Part shown: positions 1-9,340 of the stretch, in pieces | How the letters are laid out: every line of letters begins with the position of its first letter | How positions within the stretch are numbered: position 1 is the first letter of the stretch | Source: Parcubacteria group bacterium | Lineage (GTDB): Bacteria; Patescibacteriota; Minisyncoccia; SW-4-49-11 | DNA length: 58,725 bases | Assembly (NCBI GenBank): GCA_943354045.1 | Contig: CALRBF010000002.1 | Location: forward strand, 1 to 58,725 | Reading direction: 5' to 3' | Position numbers and translations under genes: made by a program | Notes under the pieces: generated by a model | What the model saw: only the letters and a program-made list of their open reading frames with translations | Databases searched by the model: none | What the model was told of the DNA's origin: nothing

Positions 1-1
1 G

Positions 2-169
2 GTGGCCATCATGGTGACTCTGCTGATGTACGATTGGAGTAAGCTCCCTTATGAGACGATCGGTGATGTTTGGACACACTACTGCCGCATGCAGGATGTG
101 CTACTGAACTTCATGACCGTTGAAGAGCTGTCAGAGGTACTTGCATACCATTCTGGCAAAAAATACTGA
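2..169 (+). CDS. 3' end of an unidentified CDS entering from the left edge (ends ...LSEVLAYHSGKKY*)
   Basis: Frame 2 is open from the window edge to TGA 167-169. GC is visibly higher than the rest of the window. A hairpin terminator follows. Confidence 0.4.
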   Translation: MAIMVTLLMYDWSKLPYETIGDVWTHYCRMQDVLLNFMTVEELSEVLAYHSGKKY

Positions 170-190
170 TCAAAAAGTATCAGTAAATAA

Positions 191-226
191 GCGCATAACC
201 TTCGGGTGATGCGCTTTTTCTTTTTG
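191..226 (+). terminator. Rho-independent terminator
   Basis: GCGCATAACC-TTCG-GGTGATGCGC stem-loop (1 mismatch) followed by TTTTTCTTTTT. Confidence 0.6.
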
Positions 227-230
227 CTCT

Positions 231-249
231 AAATCCCATTTGCGACGGG
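231..249. repeat. Isolated module of the mosaic repeat family (AAATCCCATTTGCGACGGG)
   Basis: The same 19-mer occurs at 17595-17613 inside mosaic locus R5. Confidence 0.5.
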
Positions 250-327
250 TTCTAATCTCTCTCCGCTAAATCCTTCTTTACTCCCCACAGCCCAATATGC
301 TAATATAGTAATAAGTATCTAAAGTCC

Positions 328-348
328 CCCAATACCCAATACCCAATA
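328..348. repeat. Heptanucleotide tandem repeat (CCCAATA)x3 in a 5' UTR
   Basis: Three perfect tandem units end 5 nt before ATG 354, where an SD would be expected. Confidence 0.8.
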
Positions 349-353
349 CACAT

Positions 354-1399
354 ATGATTGAAAAAGAAAATTCATTACAAGCAATTCTAAACAAAACCGT
401 TGATGGGAAAATGGTATTTGGGGCTTCATTTGGTATAAAAAAGGATGATTTTACTTGGTTTGGGGCTTCGGGTAATCTTTCCATTGATCAAAGTTATTTT
501 ATTGCGAGTACGACAAAATTATTTACAACTGCTATTATCCTATATCTCAAGTCAGAGGGTAAATTACAACTTGAAGACAAAATCAGTATATATTTGGATA
601 AGTCTATTATGAATGGCTTACATATATATAAAGGGAATGACTATTCAGATGAAATAACTATCAAACATCTTTTATCTCATACATCTGGACTGGCTGATTA
701 TTTTCAAGGAAAGGGAAAAGCGGAAAAAGTTTAGAAGATGATATCAAAAATGGGAATGATCAATTTTGGACTTTTGGACAAGCTATTGAGAGAACAAAAG
801 CAATGCCAACACTTTTTATTCCAGGGACAAAAAATAAAGCTAATTATTCTGATGCTAATTTTCAATTGCTGGGCAAAATTATTGAACTTATTACGAATAA
901 ATCCTATGATACTAATTGCGATGAGCTGATAATCAAGCCTATTAATTTATCTCATACGTACTTGTACAAAGATGCAACTGACAAGACACCGAAAACCCTA
1001 TATTATAAAGAGAATGAACTTGATATCCCGAAAGCTATGACTTCATTTGGTGCGGATGGGGGTATTGTATCAACATCTGCTGATATGCTTGTCTTTATCC
1101 AAGCCTTTTTTACGGGTTTATTATTCCCAAAAGAATATATAGACGACTTGCAAGAATGGAATAATATCTTTTTTCCTATGCAATCAGGAATAGGTATTCA
1201 TTTATTTAAACTTCCTTGGATTTTTAACCCTACGGGAGCTATGCCTTATTTTATAGGACATTCAGGACTTTCGGGTGCATTGGCGTATTATAGTCCAAAA
1301 GAGAATATATTTATCGTTGGGACGGTAAATCAAGTTGCATCTCCCGATATTTCATTCAGGACAATGATTAAATTGGCACAAATAGTCATGAGGAAATAA
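354..1399 (+). pseudogene. Serine hydrolase / beta-lactamase-family (class C / PBP4*-like) gene split by a frameshift
   Basis: S-x-x-K motif (ASTTKLF) is in the 354-734 part. The continuation (...KKLEDDIKNGNDQFWTFGQAIERTKAMPTLFIPGTK...) is open in another frame from 698 and joins ORF 803-1399. The shift maps to the A5 run at 724-728; one extra A restores a single ORF. Confidence 0.7.
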
Positions 1400-1456
1400 T
1401 TCGTAATGATGATATAATAATATTAAGTTAAAATATGTCGTATTATTATTAATTAT

Positions 1457-2482
1457 ATGGAAAAAGAAACTCATTATAATAGAATAGTAGGAGGTACTGA
1501 AGAAGATCAGGCAGAAGTGGCTGAGCGATTACAAAATGTTTTTGATACAAAGTCTGAATCTTTAGCTCAATATGAACTTGAAAAGTCACCAGAAGATATT
1601 GAATTAATTGGAATAACTCAAAGAATTGTAGACACTATTGTCACACAATATGGAGGTGATCCAAAAGAATTACCACTTGATCATATGTATATACTCAAGC
1701 TAGATAGTGTATTAAAAATTACAGAAGGCCGATTTGCTGGAGGTATTCATCAACCAATAGGTCTTAAAATTGGTGTTGAAAAAGAAGAGTCTCGTATATT
1801 ACTAGCAAGTACAATAGCTCATGAATTATTTCATCTCAAGTCATATAAGTCTGTCCGAGTTCTAGAAGATAGCTACCAAGTATACCGTAGCGGACTACAG
1901 ATGACTGATGTAAAAAGCTCAAGTGAATTAACTGGTAAAGAAAAGGTATATTTTTCTCATCTCGAAGAGGCTATTGTTGCGGAATGTACTAAAAAGTTTT
2001 TAGATGAATTAGGTGAAGAATCTTTCTTTGCTGAAGAATATACACCTTTGTCTCAACTAAAAGATTGGTTAGTTAAATATTATCAACGAATAAATGTTCC
2101 CAAACATATAATCAAAGAGTTTGAGGATGGGTTGAAATATATCCCAAATCCACAATTTTATGTCGATAAAGTACTTAATTTTTCTGAAGATGAGAATGAA
2201 AGAGAAGACTATGCTGTCGGGCTATTTAATAGTCTAAGTGCACAGGGATTAGTAATTGGGTTAGAGAGAAATAAAGAAAGAAATAAAATGTATGAATTAT
2301 TGGATAAATTAGTGATTAATTCTCAAGGTAAATTTACAGATAGAGAAGAGATATTTGATATTTTTGCGAGAGCTAACTTTTCTGGTAATTATTTACCCTT
2401 GGCAAGAGTCGTAGAAGATATTTTAGGGAAGGGTTCATTTAGAGAGATTGCTGAGGAGTTTGGGTTAAATATAAATAAGTAA
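1457..2482 (+). CDS. Hypothetical protein with an HExxH motif (AHELFH), possibly a metallopeptidase
   Basis: 341 aa ORF. HELFH is the only recognisable motif. Confidence 0.5.
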   Translation: MEKETHYNRIVGGTEEDQAEVAERLQNVFDTKSESLAQYELEKSPEDIELIGITQRIVDTIVTQYGGDPKELPLDHMYILKLDSVLKITEGRFAGGIHQPIGLKIGVEKEESRILLASTIAHELFHLKSYKSVRVLEDSYQVYRSGLQMTDVKSSSELTGKEKVYFSHLEEAIVAECTKKFLDELGEESFFAEEYTPLSQLKDWLVKYYQRINVPKHIIKEFEDGLKYIPNPQFYVDKVLNFSEDENEREDYAVGLFNSLSAQGLVIGLERNKERNKMYELLDKLVINSQGKFTDREEIFDIFARANFSGNYLPLARVVEDILGKGSFREIAEEFGLNINK

Positions 2483-2492
2483 ATTTCATTTT

Positions 2493-3209
2493 TTAAAACA
2501 CCCCCTTCAAAAACCTCTTACGCTTATCCTCCTCCATTCTCTCAATGGCATAACGGAGGGTAGTGCGGGGGATATTGGGATAATTCTCTTGGAGAAATTC
2601 TTCTACTCGAGGGGCATCTTTTTTCCAGGCTTCTCTCAAAGCCCAGCCTACAGCTTTATGCATTAAGTCTTCCGTATCTGTGAGTAAAATTTTAGACAAT
2701 CTCAAGGTATCATCAATATTCCCTTTATGAATAAAATAAAAGGTAGAGATAATAGCTACTCTTCGCTCCCAGAGAATAGGGGAGTTAGCTAATGTGTCGA
2801 GTATATCTTTCTCCTGTATCCCATCATATATGGCTTTACCGAGTATATAATGAGCTGAGAGGTCTACCAGATCCCAATTATTGATAAACGGGACATTGAC
2901 AATATACAGTTTTGTTATATCTTTTTGAGCTTCTGGATTTGCTTTTTTATTCTGATTGACGAGTATTATGAGAGCACATAATCTATCCTCGTGAATAGGG
3001 GAATGGAGTAGTGATTCTATCTCATTTAAGGAGATAGCTTTGTATTCTCGGGCAACTTTCCTGACATCGGGATTAGATACTCCAATAAATTGATCTCCCT
3101 CTCCATATTGCCCTTTTCCTGTCTTAAAGAATCTCTCTACATTGATTTTCCTCTCGGGACTAGCATATTGGCGAAGGGAGTCTTGTATATTTTTGATGAT
3201 AGTTTTCAT
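2493..3209 (-). CDS. DNA alkylation repair protein (AlkD/AlkC-like HEAT-repeat glycosylase family)
   Basis: N-terminus ...YASPERKINVERFFKTGKGQYGEGDQFIGV...VRKVAREY... is typical of the DNA_alkylation family. 238 aa. Confidence 0.8.
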   Translation of the reverse strand: MKTIIKNIQDSLRQYASPERKINVERFFKTGKGQYGEGDQFIGVSNPDVRKVAREYKAISLNEIESLLHSPIHEDRLCALIILVNQNKKANPEAQKDITKLYIVNVPFINNWDLVDLSAHYILGKAIYDGIQEKDILDTLANSPILWERRVAIISTFYFIHKGNIDDTLRLSKILLTDTEDLMHKAVGWALREAWKKDAPRVEEFLQENYPNIPRTTLRYAIERMEEDKRKRFLKGVF

Positions 3210-3217
3210 ATGAATCT

Positions 3218-3733
3218 TTACCCCAACTTTTCTATATATTCTTTTACATGAGTATATGCAATATTGATACGATTTATAAAATCTTTATCTGTGATATGAA
3301 GATTAATGTCATCTTCATATTGCTCTAAGAAATCATTATGATCTTGAATAAAGGTATCGAGTAATGGTATTGCATCATAATATTTTGTTGTTTGATATAG
3401 GTTGAGTAATAATTCCTTACTAAAATCAAGACTGATTATATAAGTTTCATATTGTGTTTTTATAATATATTCTTGTTTATCTTTCCAGCCTCTGTCTATA
3501 CTCGCATCATAAATAAATGGTATCCCACTATCGAATATTTCTTTTAATCGTAAATCTCGTCTTCTAATATATTCTTCCTCATCTAAAAATCCCATATCTC
3601 CTTTTACTTCCGATCTAATAGCATCATTATTAAATATTGGTAAATTCAATTTGATACTTAAATAATGAGCTATGGGAGTCTTAGAACTACCTATTGCTCC
3701 AGCAAATGTGATAAAAAACTTTTTCTTATACAT
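3218..3733 (-). CDS. P-loop NTPase / small kinase-like protein
   Basis: Walker A-like FAGAIGSSKTP near the N-terminus. 171 aa. Confidence 0.5.
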   Translation of the reverse strand: MYKKKFFITFAGAIGSSKTPIAHYLSIKLNLPIFNNDAIRSEVKGDMGFLDEEEYIRRRDLRLKEIFDSGIPFIYDASIDRGWKDKQEYIIKTQYETYIISLDFSKELLLNLYQTTKYYDAIPLLDTFIQDHNDFLEQYEDDINLHITDKDFINRINIAYTHVKEYIEKLG

Positions 3734-3807
3734 ATGTTATATTAATTATATTTAATTATAGCATATCTCAACTATGATATACTATATACATAATAATATA
3801 ACCTAAT

Positions 3808-4224
3808 ATGAAAATATATTTTGCAGGATCAATTAGAGGGGGACGAGATGATAAAGATCTTTATGCTCAAATTATACAAAAACTTGAAGCTTATGGTACG
3901 GTATTAACGGAGCATATTGGAGATAGTGAATTAACTACTTTTGGGGAACAAGACTCTACTGATATTGATATTTATCGGCGGGATATGAATTGGCTGAATG
4001 AATCAAATATTGTGGTGGCTGAGGTCACTACTCCCAGTTTAGGAGTTGGTTATGAAATTGGGCAAATGGAGGGTAAAAAACCTATATTATGTCTTTTCCG
4101 TGAACAAGCAGGGAGAAGATTGTCCCCAATGATTGGAGGGAATGCTAATTTGCAAGTTCAAGAGTATAAAACTATTGAAGATATCGATAATATTCTGGAT
4201 AGTTTCTTCAAAAAATTAGTGTAA
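3808..4224 (+). CDS. 2'-deoxynucleoside 5'-phosphate N-hydrolase (DNPH1/Rcl, nucleoside 2-deoxyribosyltransferase-like)
   Basis: MKIYFAGSIRGGRDD...VVAEVTTPSLGVGYEIG is characteristic of this family. Confidence 0.75.
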   Translation: MKIYFAGSIRGGRDDKDLYAQIIQKLEAYGTVLTEHIGDSELTTFGEQDSTDIDIYRRDMNWLNESNIVVAEVTTPSLGVGYEIGQMEGKKPILCLFREQAGRRLSPMIGGNANLQVQEYKTIEDIDNILDSFFKKLV

Positions 4225-4239
4225 TACTATAAACTTACT

Positions 4240-4602
4240 ATGACTACTACCGCACAGCATGATGAGAGAATGGCTAAAATGAGTTTTGGTTTAGTTTACC
4301 CTCTGTATATACAGAAAGTTGAGAGAAAGGGAAGAACTCAAAAAGAATTAAATCAAGTCATAACATGGCTTACTGGATATGATGATAAGGAGATAAAAGA
4401 ATATGCCGACTCTGAAATATCCTTTGAGCAATTTTTTGCTGATGCCAAATTAAATCCAAATGCTCATCTCATCACGGGTCTTATTTGTGGATATCGGGTT
4501 GAGGAGATTAGCAATCCATTGACTCAAAAAGTTCGATATTTAGATAAATTGGTGGATGAACTCGCAAAGGGGAAGTCTATGGATAAAATTCTACGGGCAT
4601 AA
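4240..4602 (+). CDS. DUF2200-family protein
   Basis: MSFGLVYPLYIQKVERKGRTQKEL..VITWLTGY resembles DUF2200. 120 aa. Confidence 0.55.
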   Translation: MTTTAQHDERMAKMSFGLVYPLYIQKVERKGRTQKELNQVITWLTGYDDKEIKEYADSEISFEQFFADAKLNPNAHLITGLICGYRVEEISNPLTQKVRYLDKLVDELAKGKSMDKILRA

Positions 4603-4616
4603 AAGTTAAAAATACT

Positions 4617-6161
4617 ATGAAATATTTTATAAAAAAACAATTTGCCATTCTAGCTATCGTGATTATACTCTTAACCGGAATTCGATTAATTGGATTTGAA
4701 AAAGAAGGGGTTACTTATGATGAGCCGGTATATGTACAGGCGGGGAGGGATTATATAAAAGCTCTTAGTCGTTTAGATTTTTCACAAGAGTCCTGGTCTT
4801 TTAATAAAGAGCATCCTCCCGTGACTAAATATGTATATGGAATAGCAGAAGTTGGGCATATTGGGATGCAAAAAATATCTAATTGGGGTGATGATGTCTC
4901 TGATATATATACTTTTGCTCGATTAATGAGTGTATTACTTGGATTGGGTACTTTGGTATATGTATTCTTTTTGGCTCGTTTTTATCTCAATTTCTGGTTA
5001 TCTATATTAGCGGTGATTGTAGTAGGTCTGAATCCACTCTTTATTGCTCATACGCGCTTGGCGGGACATGAGTCAGTATCGCTATTCTTTGTGACAGGAA
5101 TGTGGTATTGGTATCTCTTATACAAAAAAACTCAGTCAAGAAAGCATTTTGTGATAATGAATCTTCATGCCATATTAGCATTTAGTACTCGATTTAATAA
5201 TGTCCTTGCGATGTTTCCGATTTGGATATGGGAGACAATATCTTGGTGGAAGAATTTATCTCAAAAACCTAATTGGAAGGCAAAAATTCCTTGGGTATTA
5301 ATATGGTTACCTATCAGTATTTGGATAGGATTATTCATTATATTTCCATATTGGTGGACAAGTCCAATTGAAAGTATACAATCCACTTTCAATCATTGGG
5401 GGGGAGACCCAAAAGAATTATTTTTTGGAGAAGTACGAACTAGTCCCTTGATTTATTATCTCGTATATTTTACCGCTCAAACTCCTTTAATTATTATTTC
5501 TCTGGGCTTATTCCAAATAATATCTCTATTGTTTCGATATCCCCGCTATAAAGGAAAAGAGCTTTTTCTCATAGCAATATTTGGAATATGGCTTCTTTGG
5601 TCTTTTTCGCCGATTAAACAAGGTGGGATGAGATATGTACTCCCCTTATATATTCCTTTTTCTATTCTGGTAGTATTGGCAATACAGCAATTATTGGGAA
5701 AATATAAAAAAATATTGATTGGAGTATCAATTCTCATTATTACTTATCTTGGTATACAGTTGCGTATAGTATATCCTTTTTATCTAGATTATTATAATGA
5801 AGTTACTGGTGGACCTGCTCAAATATGGGAGAAGAATATATTGCCTATCGGATTCTGGGGGCAGGGGACATTGGAAATTATTAGTTCTCTCAATAAATGG
5901 GTTAAACCTGGGGAATCAGTAGGATTCTATACGCTATTAATGCCAGAGCATAAACTTACTTCTTTTCTTCCTGATAAAGTTAATGGTATTTATAAAATAG
6001 ATAAAAATGCTTTATTCCAAGCTGATTGGATTTTGGAGCAAAGCTTTTTTACCGATAATTATGAGCCTATTCCTGAATATTATACTCGTGTACATACATT
6101 TTATGGAGCTAATAATGCACCCTTATTTTATCTATATAAAAATCATACCATATTAAAATAA
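4617..6161 (+). CDS. Polytopic membrane glycosyltransferase (GT39/ArnT/PMT-like)
   Basis: More than 10 predicted TM helices. YDEPVY acidic motif in the first loop. 514 aa. Confidence 0.55.
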   Translation: MKYFIKKQFAILAIVIILLTGIRLIGFEKEGVTYDEPVYVQAGRDYIKALSRLDFSQESWSFNKEHPPVTKYVYGIAEVGHIGMQKISNWGDDVSDIYTFARLMSVLLGLGTLVYVFFLARFYLNFWLSILAVIVVGLNPLFIAHTRLAGHESVSLFFVTGMWYWYLLYKKTQSRKHFVIMNLHAILAFSTRFNNVLAMFPIWIWETISWWKNLSQKPNWKAKIPWVLIWLPISIWIGLFIIFPYWWTSPIESIQSTFNHWGGDPKELFFGEVRTSPLIYYLVYFTAQTPLIIISLGLFQIISLLFRYPRYKGKELFLIAIFGIWLLWSFSPIKQGGMRYVLPLYIPFSILVVLAIQQLLGKYKKILIGVSILIITYLGIQLRIVYPFYLDYYNEVTGGPAQIWEKNILPIGFWGQGTLEIISSLNKWVKPGESVGFYTLLMPEHKLTSFLPDKVNGIYKIDKNALFQADWILEQSFFTDNYEPIPEYYTRVHTFYGANNAPLFYLYKNHTILK

Positions 6162-6213
6162 GTTTACTTATTTTATAATTTGAACTATACTATAAATAGT
6201 AAATAAAATAAAT

Positions 6214-6654
6214 ATGACAATATTAAAATTTTTAACTCTATTCTTAGTCCTATATGTGTCTGCTAATATATCTTGGTGGGGATGGCAAGAATTTATTAAT
6301 TATGAGGATACTCAAACAGCTCGATCACTAAATAATACCATTAATATAAGCTATTCTGTAATTCAAGAAAAAGGACAGGATTTAGACGAATTAAAAATTG
6401 ATCTTAATCAAGAAAAATCAACCTTAGATGAATTATTCTCTAGTAAAAAAATAGCTCAATATAATGAATTAGTACCTAAATATAATAAGTCTATTGATAG
6501 GTTCAATGTCAAGAAAGATGAATATGATCAATTAATTGAGACTCATAATATGTATGTGCGTCAAATGAATGAGTTAATAAATAAATCAAGTGTTCGTACC
6601 TTTCTCTTTCCTATACCACCTTATAAAAAACCTCTTGTTGAAGAATTAAAATAG
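6214..6654 (+). CDS. Hypothetical membrane-anchored coiled-coil protein
   Basis: N-terminal TM helix followed by a charged helical region. Confidence 0.45.
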   Translation: MTILKFLTLFLVLYVSANISWWGWQEFINYEDTQTARSLNNTINISYSVIQEKGQDLDELKIDLNQEKSTLDELFSSKKIAQYNELVPKYNKSIDRFNVKKDEYDQLIETHNMYVRQMNELINKSSVRTFLFPIPPYKKPLVEELK

Positions 6655-7844
6655 TGGATATTTTTCAAGTTCAAAGTCAATATCTATTAGAGTATCTTGT
6701 GATGATTATAGGTACTCTAATTTTACTTATAATACCTCGATACTCTAAATTATTCTGGAATATTGACACTAAAGATATTAATATCTTTCCTCAAAAAAGA
6801 CTTACTTCTATTGATACTCTCAAAGGAATTGCTATTATCGGTGTGATTATTATTCACGCTTGTTATCTTTTGGCATTTGAATACAATACCCTTTTTGATA
6901 GTATATTATTAAGTGTTATCAATAATATATTTCGATTTGCTATTCCTGTTTTTTTGTTTACATCTGGATTGTTATTAAAGCCTTTTATATGGAGTAAGGC
7001 GGGCATTATACAATTTTATGGAAGTAAAATTATTCGTATTGCAATACCTTATATCATTATCACTACGATATTATGGCAAATAGGGTATAGTGGAGATATT
7101 ACTCTTCCCAAACTCCTTATATCTGGAGAAGCAGCTATACCCTTTTATTTTATCCCGGTATTATTCCAATTATATTTACTATATCCGCTACTAGATTATA
7201 TTCGTAAAATTAGTCCCAAATATCTCCTTATAGGGGTTCTTAGTATTTCTCTCATATCTTTTTTTATCCCCGATACATGGTATTTATGGGATATACCCTT
7301 ATGTGGACAATATCTTATATTCTTTGTATATGGAATGGTAAGAAAAAATATTTTTAGTGAAGCCCCATCTTCAATCTGGCAAGAATTAATTTGGATATAT
7401 TTTGCTTTACAGACCTCTATTATTGTCTTACTCCCATATCTTAATCTTAGTAAAACAATAGTAACGTCTTTATCATTTTATAATGTTCAGATATTTTTTG
7501 GTTTTGCCATTATATTTATAGTATGGAATTATTTTCAAAAATCTAATCCCATAGCTACTATGATTCAAAATATAGTATCTCCTTTAGGGCATATTAGTTT
7601 ATGGATATTTTTATTTCATTTTCCCATACAACAAATTATTTTTATTGTACATCCATTTTCAAATCAATTATTAATAGTACAAGTTATTCTCTATACCCTT
7701 ATAACATTAATTATTACTCTCCCTATTTCTTTCGGATTTGCATATGTATACCGTAATATTGAGCTCATTTTCATACCATTATTAAAAAAGAATATGTACT
7801 TGCAAAACATAGTCATTATGATATACTATTTTTATAATAATTAA
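6654..7844 (+). CDS. Membrane acyltransferase family 3 protein
   Basis: GTG start overlaps the upstream stop. RLTSIDTLKGIAIIGVIIIHA motif and about 10 TM helices. Confidence 0.6.
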   Translation: MDIFQVQSQYLLEYLVMIIGTLILLIIPRYSKLFWNIDTKDINIFPQKRLTSIDTLKGIAIIGVIIIHACYLLAFEYNTLFDSILLSVINNIFRFAIPVFLFTSGLLLKPFIWSKAGIIQFYGSKIIRIAIPYIIITTILWQIGYSGDITLPKLLISGEAAIPFYFIPVLFQLYLLYPLLDYIRKISPKYLLIGVLSISLISFFIPDTWYLWDIPLCGQYLIFFVYGMVRKNIFSEAPSSIWQELIWIYFALQTSIIVLLPYLNLSKTIVTSLSFYNVQIFFGFAIIFIVWNYFQKSNPIATMIQNIVSPLGHISLWIFLFHFPIQQIIFIVHPFSNQLLIVQVILYTLITLIITLPISFGFAYVYRNIELIFIPLLKKNMYLQNIVIMIYYFYNN

Positions 7845-7858
7845 ATAAATATAATACA

Positions 7859-8419
7859 ATGGAACCAGAAATCACCCCCAATGCACCCGTAGAACAAACA
7901 GCACCTAAAGTTTCAAAGTTCACTATTATTCTTATTGCATTAATAGTTATTTCTGCTGGTTTTTTAGGATATCTTGTATATAAATCTAATGCGGAATCAA
8001 ATACAACTACTCCATCAACTGATTCTGAAACAATAGCTGAACCAGTACCTACTACGAATACTCCAGGAACCACTTCATCAACTGATACATCTGCTCCTGT
8101 CACCCCTCTTCCTACTACAGTTCCTCTAGCTGCATCTACTTCTTCAACAAATGTTGTTCCTAGTGGAAAAAGTTTTACTGCAGCTCAAGTTGCTGAGAAA
8201 AATACTAAAACTTCTTGTTGGACTATTATTGATGGTAATGTATATGATATCACTGCATATGTACCAAATCATCCGGGTGGAGAAGCTGAGATACTTGAAA
8301 TTTGTGGAAAAGACGGAACAGTATTATTTGCAAAACCTATGGAGCATAAAGAAGGTAGTGCAAGTGATATTCTTGCAGGATTTAAAATTGGTACATTAGC
8401 TGAAGCAATACAAAATTAA
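7859..8419 (+). CDS. Membrane-anchored cytochrome b5-like heme/steroid-binding domain protein
   Basis: N-terminal TM helix, T/S/P-rich linker, and C-terminal CWTIIDGNVYDITAYVPNHPGG (HPGG heme-ligand motif). Confidence 0.7.
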   Translation: MEPEITPNAPVEQTAPKVSKFTIILIALIVISAGFLGYLVYKSNAESNTTTPSTDSETIAEPVPTTNTPGTTSSTDTSAPVTPLPTTVPLAASTSSTNVVPSGKSFTAAQVAEKNTKTSCWTIIDGNVYDITAYVPNHPGGEAEILEICGKDGTVLFAKPMEHKEGSASDILAGFKIGTLAEAIQN

Positions 8420-8423
8420 ATAT

Positions 8424-8948
8424 ATGGCAGATACATTTAGTACACCAGAGCTTTCCCCAAAAACAACCATATCTAAAAATGTTATCATACTTATAGCACT
8501 TATTATTCTTGCAAGTATTGGACTTGTTATTACTATAGGTATGCAGAATAAAAATAATACTCTTAACCCAGTAGTTGAACAAAACAAAGTAACTCCGGTC
8601 AATACTGATATAGCAAATAATTCGGGTACAAATAGCCCAAACCCAGTTGAGAAGGAATATTTAGGTAAAAGAATGCCTGAAGAGGTACCTAATATTGTAA
8701 TCACAAAAAAACAATTAGAGTCAAATTCAAAGCGAGAATCTTGTTGGACCATAGTAGATGGTATTGTATATAATCTCTCAAGTTTTATCGAAACTGATTT
8801 AGCACAACAGTTAAAAATTAAAGACACAGATATTTGTGGAAAAGATGGAACTCAAATTTTAGCTGAGGAAAGATATTATCCTCCTCCTATAGGAGGGTAT
8901 AATATCCTGAACCCTTATTCAAGTCCAATCGGTACATTAGAACAATAA
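8424..8948 (+). CDS. Paralog of the cytochrome b5-like protein with a degenerate domain (no HPGG)
   Basis: Same architecture, with CWTIVDGIVYNLSSFIE in place of the heme-ligand motif. N-terminus MADTFSTPELSP is shared with the next ORF. Confidence 0.6.
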   Translation: MADTFSTPELSPKTTISKNVIILIALIILASIGLVITIGMQNKNNTLNPVVEQNKVTPVNTDIANNSGTNSPNPVEKEYLGKRMPEEVPNIVITKKQLESNSKRESCWTIVDGIVYNLSSFIETDLAQQLKIKDTDICGKDGTQILAEERYYPPPIGGYNILNPYSSPIGTLEQ

Positions 8949-8969
8949 TTAATAGCTAATAAATATATT

Positions 8970-9284
8970 ATGGCAGATACATTTGGAACACCAGAAATTT
9001 CACCAGAAACAACAGTACAATCTAGTAATAATTCTCGTACTATTGTTATATTGTTAATTCTTATTATTGGAGGAGGTGCTGTGCTTGGTTACCTTTTATA
9101 TAGACAAAATCAAGAGCCTGATCCTGTATTAGAAGAGGTTACTGAGAGTGTTGAAATTCCAACAACTCCTGTGACGGGGATATCAGCACCAGCTGCAACT
9201 CCAACAACTCCTATTACAGATAATAGTGCTGGTGGAACTCTTCCTGAAAATACTCCAGGGGGAACAGTAAACCCAGCTGAATAA
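8970..9284 (+). CDS. Third paralog keeping only the N-terminus, TM helix and P/T-rich linker
   Basis: MADTFGTPEISPETT plus a TM helix. It ends before any b5-like domain. Confidence 0.5.
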   Translation: MADTFGTPEISPETTVQSSNNSRTIVILLILIIGGGAVLGYLLYRQNQEPDPVLEEVTESVEIPTTPVTGISAPAATPTTPITDNSAGGTLPENTPGGTVNPAE

Positions 9285-9340
9285 TAGCTTGTCAAAACTT
9301 GATTTTTATGTCATAGTAGGAGACGAATATATCATATACT

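Noticed and set aside
8151-8827. ORFs 8151-8399(+), 8382-8582(-), 8396-8827(-), 7816-8103(-) and 9110-9295(-)
   Set aside because: They overlap the three cytochrome-b5-like paralogs, whose domain motifs and shared N-termini support the plus-strand frames given.
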